Below, in pieces: positions 27,000 to 37,998 of a DNA stretch of 64,000 nucleotides. The notes under the pieces are model-generated. The model searched no databases and was not told the origin of the DNA. It saw only the letters and a program-made list of their open reading frames with translations. Each line of letters opens with the position of its first letter. Position 1 is the stretch's first letter. This DNA is from Raillietiella orientalis (lineage: Eukaryota). The position numbers were made by a program, and so were the translations under genes. The stretch is taken from NCBI GenBank assembly GCA_036172245.1, contig JAYWIR010000049.1, positions 992,001 to 1,056,000 on the forward strand, given 5' to 3'.

Positions 27000-29700
27000 A
27001 CGTCGGAATCTCAGAAGGCACTAAGGATTCCGATGAATGCAAGAAAAGAATTTAGCCAATTAGCACTGTGGATCCAGGAACGTTGGGGCCAGGGCGCGCC
27101 AGGAACGTTCGTGACGCACACGAGATTCGTTACATGGGAAAGAGGGTTCGGCAGTGGGCTCATCCCTCAGGGAAGCGTTGGCCAGATCTCCCTCAGAGAA
27201 ATCACCGAGGTCTAATTACTATAAATTCTTTCCAGGATTCTTCTAAAAAAGTTTTCCGAGATCTCGAACTTGTGAAGCAGAGACAGACTGAGAGAGGCTT
27301 GCATCGCGTCTGGACAACAGATGTTTCAGACGGCAAGGGCAATAGGTGACTGTGGCTGGACCCCCACTGGCACGGAGTGCGCGTCTTGAGAATTGCGTGT
27401 CTGGAGACACCTGGTCTCTGAGACGGCTTTGCGAAATCATTACTACGATGGGGTTTCAGGATGTTGCACGATCTCCTTTCCATCTAACATCCTTGCATGA
27501 CAGTCCTTTTGGACCTCTGCTTAGAAAAAAGAAAGGAAAAAAAAATCCGTAATCAAAAAACCACATGACAGATTTTTTTTTCAATTTCTCGTCTTCGAGA
27601 GAGGCTAAAGAAGACGTCCATTGAGGCTGAAACGCTCTTTTGTGAGATGCAAAGCTGCTGTGGAAAGACAGAAAAGATCGCTCCCAGTGCAGCAGGGGCT
27701 CCAAAGAACAAATCTGCCGACGATTCTCTGTAGGAGGCAGAAAAGGATGAAAGAAAGACTTCTCAGCCTCTCTCAAGACAGCACAGACACAGGAAAGTTG
27801 AGAAGCTCTTCAGCAGAGAGGAACCAGAGCCTTTGAAGACGGGATTCCTGGAAACAGCTGGTGGCGAGCGTCATCCAGGGGATTAGAGAAAGAAGCCGTT
27901 GTAGAAAATGGTTCTTTTTTCGCTCGTGTGGAAGCTGTCATTGCTGCACACCTGCCCCACCTTTCACCATCCGCTGTTCAGTGGAGGAATTTCGCTTTTG
28001 CAATGGAGCCGACCTCGTTGAAGACTTCCTGGAGGGTGCGTATCCTTCAAACTGAGTCTGAATTTCGAACTCCTTCCGTGTCCAGGAGGATGTGGTAGAT
28101 ATGCAGAACACCACTCCCTGCTTTCCCCGTTCTCCCCAGCATTCGCCCCCTTCCTGCCTTTGTAGTGAGTCGGAGTCCTTTCCACCCAAGTGTTAGCCGC
28201 TAGGCAAACCAAATCAGGTTCTTCCTTGGAACGCGATCACGAGATCCGATCCACTAGGCTGCCGCAGAGACCCCAAGCAGGAAGAAAAGAGATCAGCAGC
28301 TCCCAAGGCCTCATTTGAAGCGCAGCCCTCTGTCTAAGCTAGGGACTCGATCCAGACTGCCCTCAGAAGGATGAGCACAGGCCTGAGTGATAGCATGAGA
28401 CAGGATCTAGGCAACGGGGTCAGCAAGCTTAGGGAGAAGGTTCACTCGGGATAGACGCGCAAAAAGTAGGGAGAGCACCCTTGGAACATGCAGGTGAAGA
28501 TGATCATCCTTAGGACGGTAGCGGGAATTTGTTTGCATGCAAACTCCTAACAGACGTATTTCTGCATTGGTCTGTCGATGTTTCCATCGCTCATGCTCTC
28601 CTCTCTGTTTGTTCTCGCAAAGGATCTCTTGCGGCATGTGTTGCTACGAGACTCCGGAGAACGTGTATGCTGATGCACCAAGGTATGGCGAGGTCATCCA
28701 GAGGTTCCGTTGTCACTGCCTGAACTCGTGAGGCGAGCTTCCTCTTTTGATATTCGCGGTGAAGTTGGTTGGTTTTTCTATGTGCCCCCGGAGAGTACCA
28801 TCGACTATCACATGGGTGGCTCTTCCTCTCCTGATCATTGCCTCTCCACCTCGAAATGAGAAGAGAGTGATCTGCACCAGGGAGTGACCGGAACATGCAC
28901 CACCTCTTGAGAGGTGACCAGACGTTCACTGCAGGTAAATGTTTCATGGTGGATCTTCAGAGAATCCTTATGTTGAAAATCTCCTCCTGCTACTCTCACT
29001 TCGCCACACCTATTCTCTTCGAGCGGGAATCTTCTAGCCACGACTAGGATATTTCGTTCTCGCGGGTCCCCTGCACACAGAAGCCGCTAAGAGGGCACGT
29101 TTGAAGAGGCATGCAGTCCTCATTTCTCGCAGGCGAAGAACGGTGTGCCCTGGAAAATTCACTCTCGGCAGCAGCAAGCGAGAAGACTGGACCTGTTTTA
29201 ACCCATTCATGAGACCAACTGATGACTCGGGAGTCTCACAAAAGACCCAGAACTAGAGACTGCTGGTCCTCCAGAGATCTCAAGTAGCAACTAACTGGTC
29301 GAGCTGTTCCGATACACTAGCAGCTCCAGAAATCGAGCTTTGCTTCCACCCTCAATATCAAGTGGAACCCTTAGACATCCCTCCTCCCCTCAATTGGTCA
29401 GATGCGAGTTTTAGGTTTGTGCAGAATAGCAATGTCAGTGGAAGTTCACTATTTCTTGAAGAGCCATAGGACTGCTGGAAGCATCAGGGATTTTTCTGCA
29501 AGTGAGGATGTGGACTACCGTACTTTTTCATGCATCTTCCTACAACCTATCAGAAGGACGTGTATGCACTCTCTGTTCTAGTTTATCATCTACTGCTCCT
29601 TGAGTTTCCAGCCTCCCTTCTCAACAGCACCCGTGGCAACCACACTTGGAAGTGGAGCTCATGACTGCCTTGGAAAGACAGTCGAGATCATCGGACAAAA
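27000..29700 (+). mobile_element. Probable decayed Ty3/gypsy element (gag-RNase H-integrase traces)
   Basis: In order: VFRDLELVKQRQTE (gag-like), FACKLLTDVFLHWSVDVSIAHALL (FA.KKF..YL.G......DH.PLL-like), MHQGMARS (H.G zinc-finger-like), ASSYNLSEGRV (SPY.PQSNG-like). By-eye only. Confidence 0.35.
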
Positions 29701-32700
29701 AAACTGATTCTCACGAGATAACTGAGTTTAGGAAAAGAAGACCTTCGACTCTACAAGAACCAAATTGCAGTCTTAGGTATTCGACGGAACAGATCAAGGG
29801 AAAACCATCAGTCCCGCTCCTAGTTGGAAGAGAGATGCAATTTAAAAGAAGTCCTTCTACTTCTGAGAATGCGGAACCGATTTCTTCGCATGCCGGCAAC
29901 GAAAACGCCATCGCCCTTTATGCTGTTCTGCTCCGACCTAAAGTGAAGGGAGAAATGCCACGTCGACAGGAAGATTCGCAAAGAAATGGAAGCCGCTTTC
30001 GGAATGGTCCACCCTCTAGGAACTTTGCTTGAAAAATCTATCAGTCTTCCCCATAACACTTTAGTGTACAGCCTTCTACAACAGAAGGGCAGAAGTTATG
30101 CCGAGTTTTCCATGAGCTGCTCATCCCATATCCGTATTGACTGGTAGTAGGACATCGTAGTTTGCCACATGTAAGGGTTCCCAGGTGCAAGACCACAACC
30201 TCAGTCAAGGAAAACTCAAGCCGAAGAGTGCCCTGTCTGAAGAGAGGTGACGAAACAAAGATGTGGCGAAGGTCCTCTATCTTTCAGTGTACTTTATTGC
30301 TCGAAACTGAGAAATAATTCGTTGTTTCTAATCAAAGCAGTGGAGAATGTTTCGAATTGGAGATGAGGCATCAGTCGGAATTGTGTGCGGAGAGACGGAA
30401 GAAAATGTAAGCAGAACAGAGAAGTAACGCTGGAAGACACTTGCGAGAGGCGAACATGGAGTGTCCGCCTAACTGCCAGGACTTAGATGACCTCCAGTCC
30501 CATACGTGGAGAAGCGTTTTGAGCCATGCTGAAACATCATGGGTCGCAGATGGCTTCGGGAGGTAGCCCTCAAAGGACAGAATTGCCCCGGCTTGTTTCC
30601 GTAAAAGATTTGGCTGGCGTGTGCTGTGCACGAGGCAGTTTCCTGCTACAATTCTGTGGAAAGCATCGATTTTCTTCGGGTGATTCATTTCCTCACGCTG
30701 CACTCAAGGATGTCTGATTCCCTAGTGCTGACATTGCCACCTCTTCCTTCTGCCTCAGCCGTGAACGCCAAGCCTCCTGGAATTCGTTCAGGAGCACTGT
30801 CTTCGAGAAAGTAAAAGCTCAGTATGACTCCCTCTGTCCAAAACTCAACAAGAACCCAAGACACTTGGGTTGCTTGAAGATTGCGGCGCGTCGCTCCTTC
30901 AGGAAAACGCTCGAATGCTCCGAAAGGGAATTCGGCCGTTCCCTTTTTGTTTCGCCTCCCTTGTTTCGTTAGCTGCTAGCCTCGTTTCTGGAGATACATT
31001 TTCAAACACCATGTTTGTGGCTCTCGAGCGCTTTTCTTTCTCGTTTCGAGAACACATTGCTTGAGATGGGACACCTGGAATGAGGGTAGTTGCTACGTTA
31101 TAAGCAAAGAAGTGCGCTCCCCTATTTTTAAACACCGCGAACAGCGCATCTCTCGATTCCCACTTTACATTGTACGGTTTTCGATTTACTTTATATAAGT
31201 AATCCACAGTAACTCCAAACAGTTGTGTACTTTTTGTACTTCCTATTGACCTTTACCATATTGCAGAGTATTCTACATTGATGAAGATTCTTAACACTTG
31301 CGGTATTCATAAATCATTTCTTTAATCTCTCTGAAGGATATGAATATTGTATTCTATCTTAGGTCTTCAGTATTTAATTAAATGACAATCAATTAATTGC
31401 ATTTATTTATGTTGTGCTATATATCAATAGCTATTTTTAATCGGATAAAATCAAATATTTATATGATTCTATGCATGCGAATTGAATACTATAAAATAAT
31501 CGAACAATAATAATTTTTTCATCCTATACTTTTAGATGATTCCTCGTGCTCTGGAAAGGTTCTGGGCATTCCCTTCGTAAGGATGAGATTCGAAAGTCCA
31601 GGCCACAAGCGATCCCCCATCTGCGATGCCTTCGGGTTTGGGAGTCGGAGGAAGGAAGAACAGTGCGCGTGACGGTTTGGGAAGGATTTAAAGCCGTGAC
31701 ATATGGTGGTGTCTTCAAAAGGCTCTTGGAAGAGTGGGTATGTGTACACGCTTTGGCTGTACATTAACTAAAATGGGAAGAGTGGGACGGATCACTGACG
31801 GCGGCCGGAAGCACACGCGGAAAGATCTGAAGATGCACCCTGCAACACTTAGGCGAGACTCGCGAAACTGACAGAAGAGTCGCAGCTGAGCGTAGGGGCA
31901 GAGAGACGCAGAATGTTTTGAGACTCCTCCTCGCAACCATGGCTACAGAGACATGGAACCTCCGTTAGGCAGTCCCGCGCAGCTGCGACCCCCCGTACTT
32001 GCAAAGCGAAACGTTCCTCCATTCAGCTTACGTCGTCCTCGGGAAAGATAGGGCTGTCAGTTCCCGCGCTTCCAAATGGGGAGCAGAGCGAACTGCTGCT
32101 GCCGTTGATGACTAAAATAGAGTCTGGTGCACAAACATGAGCGGAAAATCAAAAGAGAACCATTTGTGACCCTATATCTGCAGTGTCGCTATCCTAATCT
32201 AAAGATGTGTAACTTTGCTGTGTGAAAAATACATTACGTGTGCTTCCGTCAAACAGGATTTCTTCTCACTCGTGTTTTTGGGTTCGTCCGTGTTGAGGAG
32301 TCACAGCAGGACATCTTTTCTGATTCCATCCTGAAGGGACCATCCTTCCGCTGGATGGACGTGCGCGGAACCAGCTAAGGGGCTAGGTCGGTACCGCTCC
32401 CGGATCTGTTCGCCTGTTCGGTTCCTTGAGCGGTGGGAGTCCCGTTTCCCTCTCATCGGGGAGAGAAGTTGTCTGGAAGATTCTGCACCACCGCAGTAGC
32501 CAGTTCGGATGCATGAACGAGGCTTGTAGGAACGTGAAAGGTACGGCGAGCCGAGTAACCAAAGCGACTGCACAGGGTGCCTCGGAGAGGAGCGCGTTTT
32601 CGATAGCATGGGGGAACTCGAGGGCGATGAAGACGCAACCCGCCTGCTTCTTCCGTAGACCGGTAGAAATCCACTCGCCCTCCAGCCTGGTCGGTCGAAA

Positions 32701-35599
32701 TGTGACCGCAATATCGGACAAGGTAAGAAAACTGGCCGTTTCCTCTTGCATAAGGTCCAGCAGAGACAGACCGGACACACAGACTAAGGACTTCACCAAA
32801 CGATGAGAGCGACCCCTTGGAGTACGTGCTGAGACAGGCTACCTCCCTAGCGAATCCGTAGCAAGCCAAGCATCGTACAAGAAACAAAATAGGCAGACAA
32901 ACAGGAAGATTAGGCCTCTGTCTAATCTTCGGCAGTGATAAGATAAATGTACCGCTAACTAATTGAATAAAAAAGGGACACGACCGCATGAAGCTGCGGG
33001 AGCTCCTCTATCTTTCCCGAGTCACGTGAGCATCCTTTTTCGAGAGACGGCCTCGATAAGGCGACTCGGGAGAAGACAGCAGGCTTCTAGCGGAGAGCTG
33101 GGAGGGTTCTGAGGGAACCGAGAGTTTAGACGCTGGAGATGGGATGAGAGGAAACCTCCTTCGGCACTGTAGCGGCGCGCGAGAGAGAACAAGGCGACAC
33201 GTTCGCAGGGGTGCCAAGTCAACAGAGGCTCATGTACGCTGATGCTGCATTTTTCCGGGAGCTTTCAGGCGGCAGCAGTCACTGGCGGTGACGAAGCAAG
33301 AGACGCGCAGTTCCCTCCAAAAGGCATCACGAGCTCGCCGACCAGCGAAGGCAGGGACCGGCGCAGGAGGAGCTTCTCTGAATGCTCGAGAGAAGAAGTC
33401 GTGAAGAAAAATCCTCAACTCGGCCGACTGCTGGAGGGGCATCCCTGCTCCCGTTTTTCTGGAGGACAAGGGGGAGAGAGGGAAGGAAACACGAGCTTCC
33501 TGATGCCGCGTCCTGGGAGCAGCAGCCTGGGAGTGCTGGTAGGGAGGGAACGCCGGAGAGAGAGGGGACGAGCGCCGAGACCCTTTTTCTTCCACTCAGG
33601 GCAAGACCTCGACCGGTCGGAGCTCGCGGCGGCAGCCTAGAGCATGCGTCGGTCAAACCCGAAGGAGGCGTTGGGCAGCCCCTCTGCGAGAGACCAGTGG
33701 GAGAGGCGCCCGTCATTCTGGTCCCACGTGGCGATCTCTTCCCGTTCTCACGAGCCTGTTACCGGGACTACGGATGGAGGCACGGGCAGGGTGCCGCTGT
33801 GCAGCCATCCTCCTCTGCGCTTGCAGCCCTCTCGATCGCCAGTCTCAACGCCCCACGACGCTTGCGGGAGCCGACGGCCATAATCCTCTCCTTCGAACGT
33901 GTTCCTTCGAACCCTCTCTGGGTTCAGAGGAAGTGGTTTCCATACCTACTGCTCCTGTCTCCGAGGTTCCTCGCAACTTCCGGTTTCGAGAGCAGCGGCG
34001 GAGCTGCCCAAAGTGGGCGAAGACAAGGCCGCCGCTCAGGTCAGCGTGGACAGTTGGCCCTCGTGCCTAACATTCAGCTGTTCCCGAGGGCAGCCGTGAG
34101 GCGTCCTCCAGAAAGATGACCCTGAGTTTCTGGAGTCTGTCCTTCCTCCTCCCCTTCTGAGGATCACGTTTGTAGAGGCGGCCCCCTTTACTTCCCAGTA
34201 TGGAGCCACGCGTTCTCTTGAGAGACCTGAGGGGTGTCTTTAGTCGCGCGGAGGACAGGAGCTGGAGGCAGCTTCCAGAGACGCACGTTTATCCCACGGG
34301 TACTCTTCGAGGGAGAGGAAGGGTGGAAAGATGCTTGAAAGCGCCACCTGTTCCCCTGGGAACCTTCCTGTTCACCGTTCGGGAGACCATCGAGACGGGA
34401 AAGCGGCTGACAGCACCAAGGCCCACCCAGCACGGGTTCGTCTTTTTGTCCGGAGTGCTCCCCCCCCTTCCTCGCTTCGGACCGTGGAGACAGGAGAGAG
34501 CGGTAATATTCTGGGAGTTTTGCTTCCTTCCTACCCTCCCGTCCACCCCTGCGCCTCCGGAATAAGAGATCCGTAGCTCCTGATCCTTGAATTAACCACG
34601 GCTGCCGCCCTCCGGCTCCCCCGAGAACCGCGAGGCGGCTGTGACACTTAGTCATCGTCCCTCCGTCCCAATGAGCCGGAGGGAGAGTCAGCCTGCTTCC
34701 CGGAAACCACGGCACCGCTCGCTTTCTGCCTTCGGAGACGCCCTTGGATCCCTCTAGAAAAGCGGTTGCTCCTCTGCAAGAGCAAAGAGACGGATGGAGG
34801 AACCTGAGAGGGACGAACCATGAAGTGGACAGAGATGCGGCTTCGAGGGGTTCTTTTCGAACGGGGAGAAGGGGAAATGGGAGATGCAGGTCAAGGGACC
34901 GCGCGGGCGCTCGGCGTGTCGATATGCGAAGGAAAACCAGAAGTTTCTTTCCCTAGGGAATGGCTGCAGCGCAGTCGTTCTCCCTCCCCTTGCTGTTGCT
35001 GATGGCATTCCTACATGGCAGGTAGCTTTTTTTTTCTCCTCCCGGAGATGCTTGCGCGCCACGGGGAGGCACTCGTCCTCACCCGGGAGAGGCACTCGTT
35101 TGCCTGGAGAAGGGAACTTGAAAGGCTTGCTTCTACCCACCCTCGCACCCAAGGAGCACGTGGCGCAACACTCCCTTGATCGGGAGGCCGGGGATCACGA
35201 GACTACGAATTCTCAAGAGACTGAGGGAAATGACCTCGAGGAGCGCGCAGGGACGAAGCTCCAGACGGCGGGCCCGTTCGGAGAGGTCGGCGGATGCCTC
35301 TGCGAACGGCATCTCTGTTCCGTTTGGAAAACGAGGCGCTTCGGAATCCCTCCAAGTCTCTCCGACTTCGGGGGTTACCCTGGGATCCGTCGCCACCCTC
35401 GTGTCCTTGTCAACTCCGAATTTGCCTCATGTCCCGGGAAAAAAAAAACAGTGTCCTCATAATACCACTCGAAGGCCTGACCTTGCCCCTGGCGCAACAT
35501 CCTGGCGAGTGTGTCGGTCGGTCCCTCCCTTGCCCAGCTCCGTCTCATCTAGAAGAGCAGCCATAGCAACCTCGTATCGCGGACTGCTTCCTGGAGAGG

Positions 35600-36200
35600 A
35601 CCCCTCCACGATGCGTTCCAGACTTTTCGGGATCCAACGACTCCAGAACCAGGGAGACATCAAGGACAAATTCCGGAAAGTGGAGCATGTGTGTATTCGG
35701 CGGTTTCCGGAAGCGACTCCGGTAGAGGAAATTGGCAACTGTGGTAGCGCGTTCTTTGATGAGGCTCCCTACGCCGAGACGGAGGATCCTCACTATCCAG
35801 TCAGCACATTGCGAAGACACCCATACTCCTCCAGAGATCCTCCCTCGCTTTCCCGAAACGCTTCCTGGCTACCGCGCTTCTCCCTGTGCAAGACACGGAT
35901 CCTCTCGAGATCACCTCTTCCAAATTTACTGTCCTCTCCCCCCCTCTTCTGAGGATGTCAGAGATGACTCTTTTTGTCCCTTACCCCTCTCGGATAGTAC
36001 ACACTCCTCGGAGATCGCCGAGACCACTCTTTCAGACCCTCTTCGGTGCGTTCCCTTCTATCATAGATGCAAGCGGAATCATGGATACCACCTTTTGCAA
36101 ATGTCCGGTAGCATAGACTCGTTCCCGACATCAGAAGAGGTGGGGAGGAGCTCGTCTGGAACCCGCGTTGCTGCCCAACATAGCCACAGATGACATCTGA
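35600..36200 (+). mobile_element. Decayed Ty3/gypsy RT-thumb/RNase H fragment
   Basis: KVEHVCIRRFPEATPVEEIG resembles KV.AI..FP.P..VKEL. FPSIIDASG...HLLQ resembles PF.L.TDAS..G...LLQ. Confidence 0.4.
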
Positions 36201-36780
36201 ACTCCTAGTTACGACGATCACGGACTGCAGAGACTCCCGGTTGCTAGCGCCGCCAGAATCGGGTAGCGCTTCAGGACAGGGAGGGCTCCTCCCTGTCCTG
36301 GGAGTTGTTTTTCGTCAACGCCCCAAACAGCTCATCCACTCGGCCCCGTGAGTTCATCGAGCGTTCCTCCCTCTGGAGGAGAAGAGGGCAGTGGAGGAGT
36401 CCATGGTTGCTGCCACTTCCCCTGGCGTTCCCATGACGCTCAAGAGCGCCTACACCCCCGAAGAGGGAAGGGGGTGAGTGATCTTCCTAGAGGATGCATC
36501 ATGGCCTTCCTTGACTCGGTCTTTCCGAGGAGGACGGCCGTAGTTTCCTCGGAAACGGTCCCATTGTTAGAGGACGACGGTCGAGCCTTCTGGAGCGTGC
36601 GCACGCGGAGGCAGCAGCGAGCCAAGCGCGTAGGAACGGCAGCAAGGCAAGCCGGCGGAAGGGAGGGGAGAGGGAGGAGGGATCCAGGAGGGAATCGGAG
36701 GAGGAAGGGTTGGTGTGGGAAGCGCCCAGAGCCATGCCTTTCCCCTACTTCCAGGGAACGCCGGGCTCCCTCCCGTCGCC

Positions 36781-36926
36781 ATGGCGAACCCGATCAGCAA
36801 GTGCTGCGACTGCTGGTGCTGCAGGAGTTGGGAAAACTTCGTCATCTTCTGGTTCTGTGTCTTCCTCTTCTTCATCGCCTGCAACCTCGTGCTGGACTTC
36901 TTCAATCTGATTGACTACGTATTCAG
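36781..36926 (+). CDS. Coding exon of a small Cys-rich membrane protein (MANPISKCCDCWCCRSWENFVIFWFCVFLFFIACNLVLDFFNLIDYVF R|); downstream exon uncertain
   Basis: Acceptor cccctacttccag just upstream, gccATGG start context, donor cag|gttagt at 36927. Strongly C-ending codons like the real genes in this window, and one clear hydrophobic segment. Confidence 0.6.
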
Positions 36927-37998
36927 GTTAGTCAGTCTCCCTGCCTTCTTGGGTTCCGGCGCGGTGCTGCTCCTTTCGAGGGGAAGGAGTAAGAGGGTAA
37001 GCGATCCCCGTCCCACGATGGTCCCTCCCTGCCTTTCTCCTCCCTCCTGCACTGGGAACATGCCGCGAGGGTGGAAAAATGCGGGGGAGACTCCAGGAAG
37101 GCTCCCGGGACTCAGACGAGGGGCAGGGAAAGCGGGAGAGGGAGAGAGAGAGAAGAGGAGGAGGAAACGCTGCTCTCCCTTTGCCCTATCCTCTGCTTCC
37201 TTCTTACCCTTCACTTCGGCTACGGACGCGACTGGAGCATTCCCAAAGGCGCGAAGGTGGGTTGTGGGTTCACGAATGTGGGGTGTATAGCGAGGGATGT
37301 GTTTAGTATTGTTGGGTGTTTAGCGAAGGTGGTCTTCAGGTGATGAAGTGTGTGCGGAGAACCTGCTTCTTCCTCCTCGAGGTCATTGCTGGATTAAGAA
37401 GGGAGTTCTTTCGGGAACTGCTCTCTTCTTCCTCCCCTCTTTCCTTGAAGAACGGAATATGTAGGTTTTCAGGGAGGAGGAGAAAAAGGAATTGAGGAGA
37501 TTAAGTGGTCCCAGGTCGCTCGCGCAACCTTCCTTCCTCCCCTCCAAGCAGTCACCCAGCTTTCCCTCCTAATGCCTCCCTTCCCTCCCTCGCGGCAGAA
37601 CCAGTGGCTTCCAGAGGAACGCGGGATGGCCGGGTCTGCTGCTGCTCCTAGCAACGCCTCCTGAACTCATAGACTCTGTCGTTACAGACTCCTGGACAGC
37701 TTGTGAAGCTCCGTCCCCCTGGGGGAGAGACCCTGCAGCACTGGCGGCTGCCTCTCCCACCCAGTTGCAGGAAGAAACACCTGGAGGAAGGAAGGGAGGG
37801 AGGGAAAGTAACGAAAAGGAAAGCCCTAAAAAAGAAGAAAGAAACGGCGGAAGGCCCAAAAGTTTGGACTAGCAGGGGAGGGGAATAGGGGAAGGAGGGA
37901 GGGTATCCGCCTCCTACCATCTCCAGTCCCTCACCCCTACCTCCCACCCATTCCCCCTTTTTTTCCTTTCCTTGCTCTTTCTTTCCTTTTATTCTCGC

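Noticed and set aside
36781..36926. Sarcolamban/phospholamban identity for the micropeptide
   Set aside because: Only generic hydrophobicity is shared; the Cys cluster and sequence do not match.
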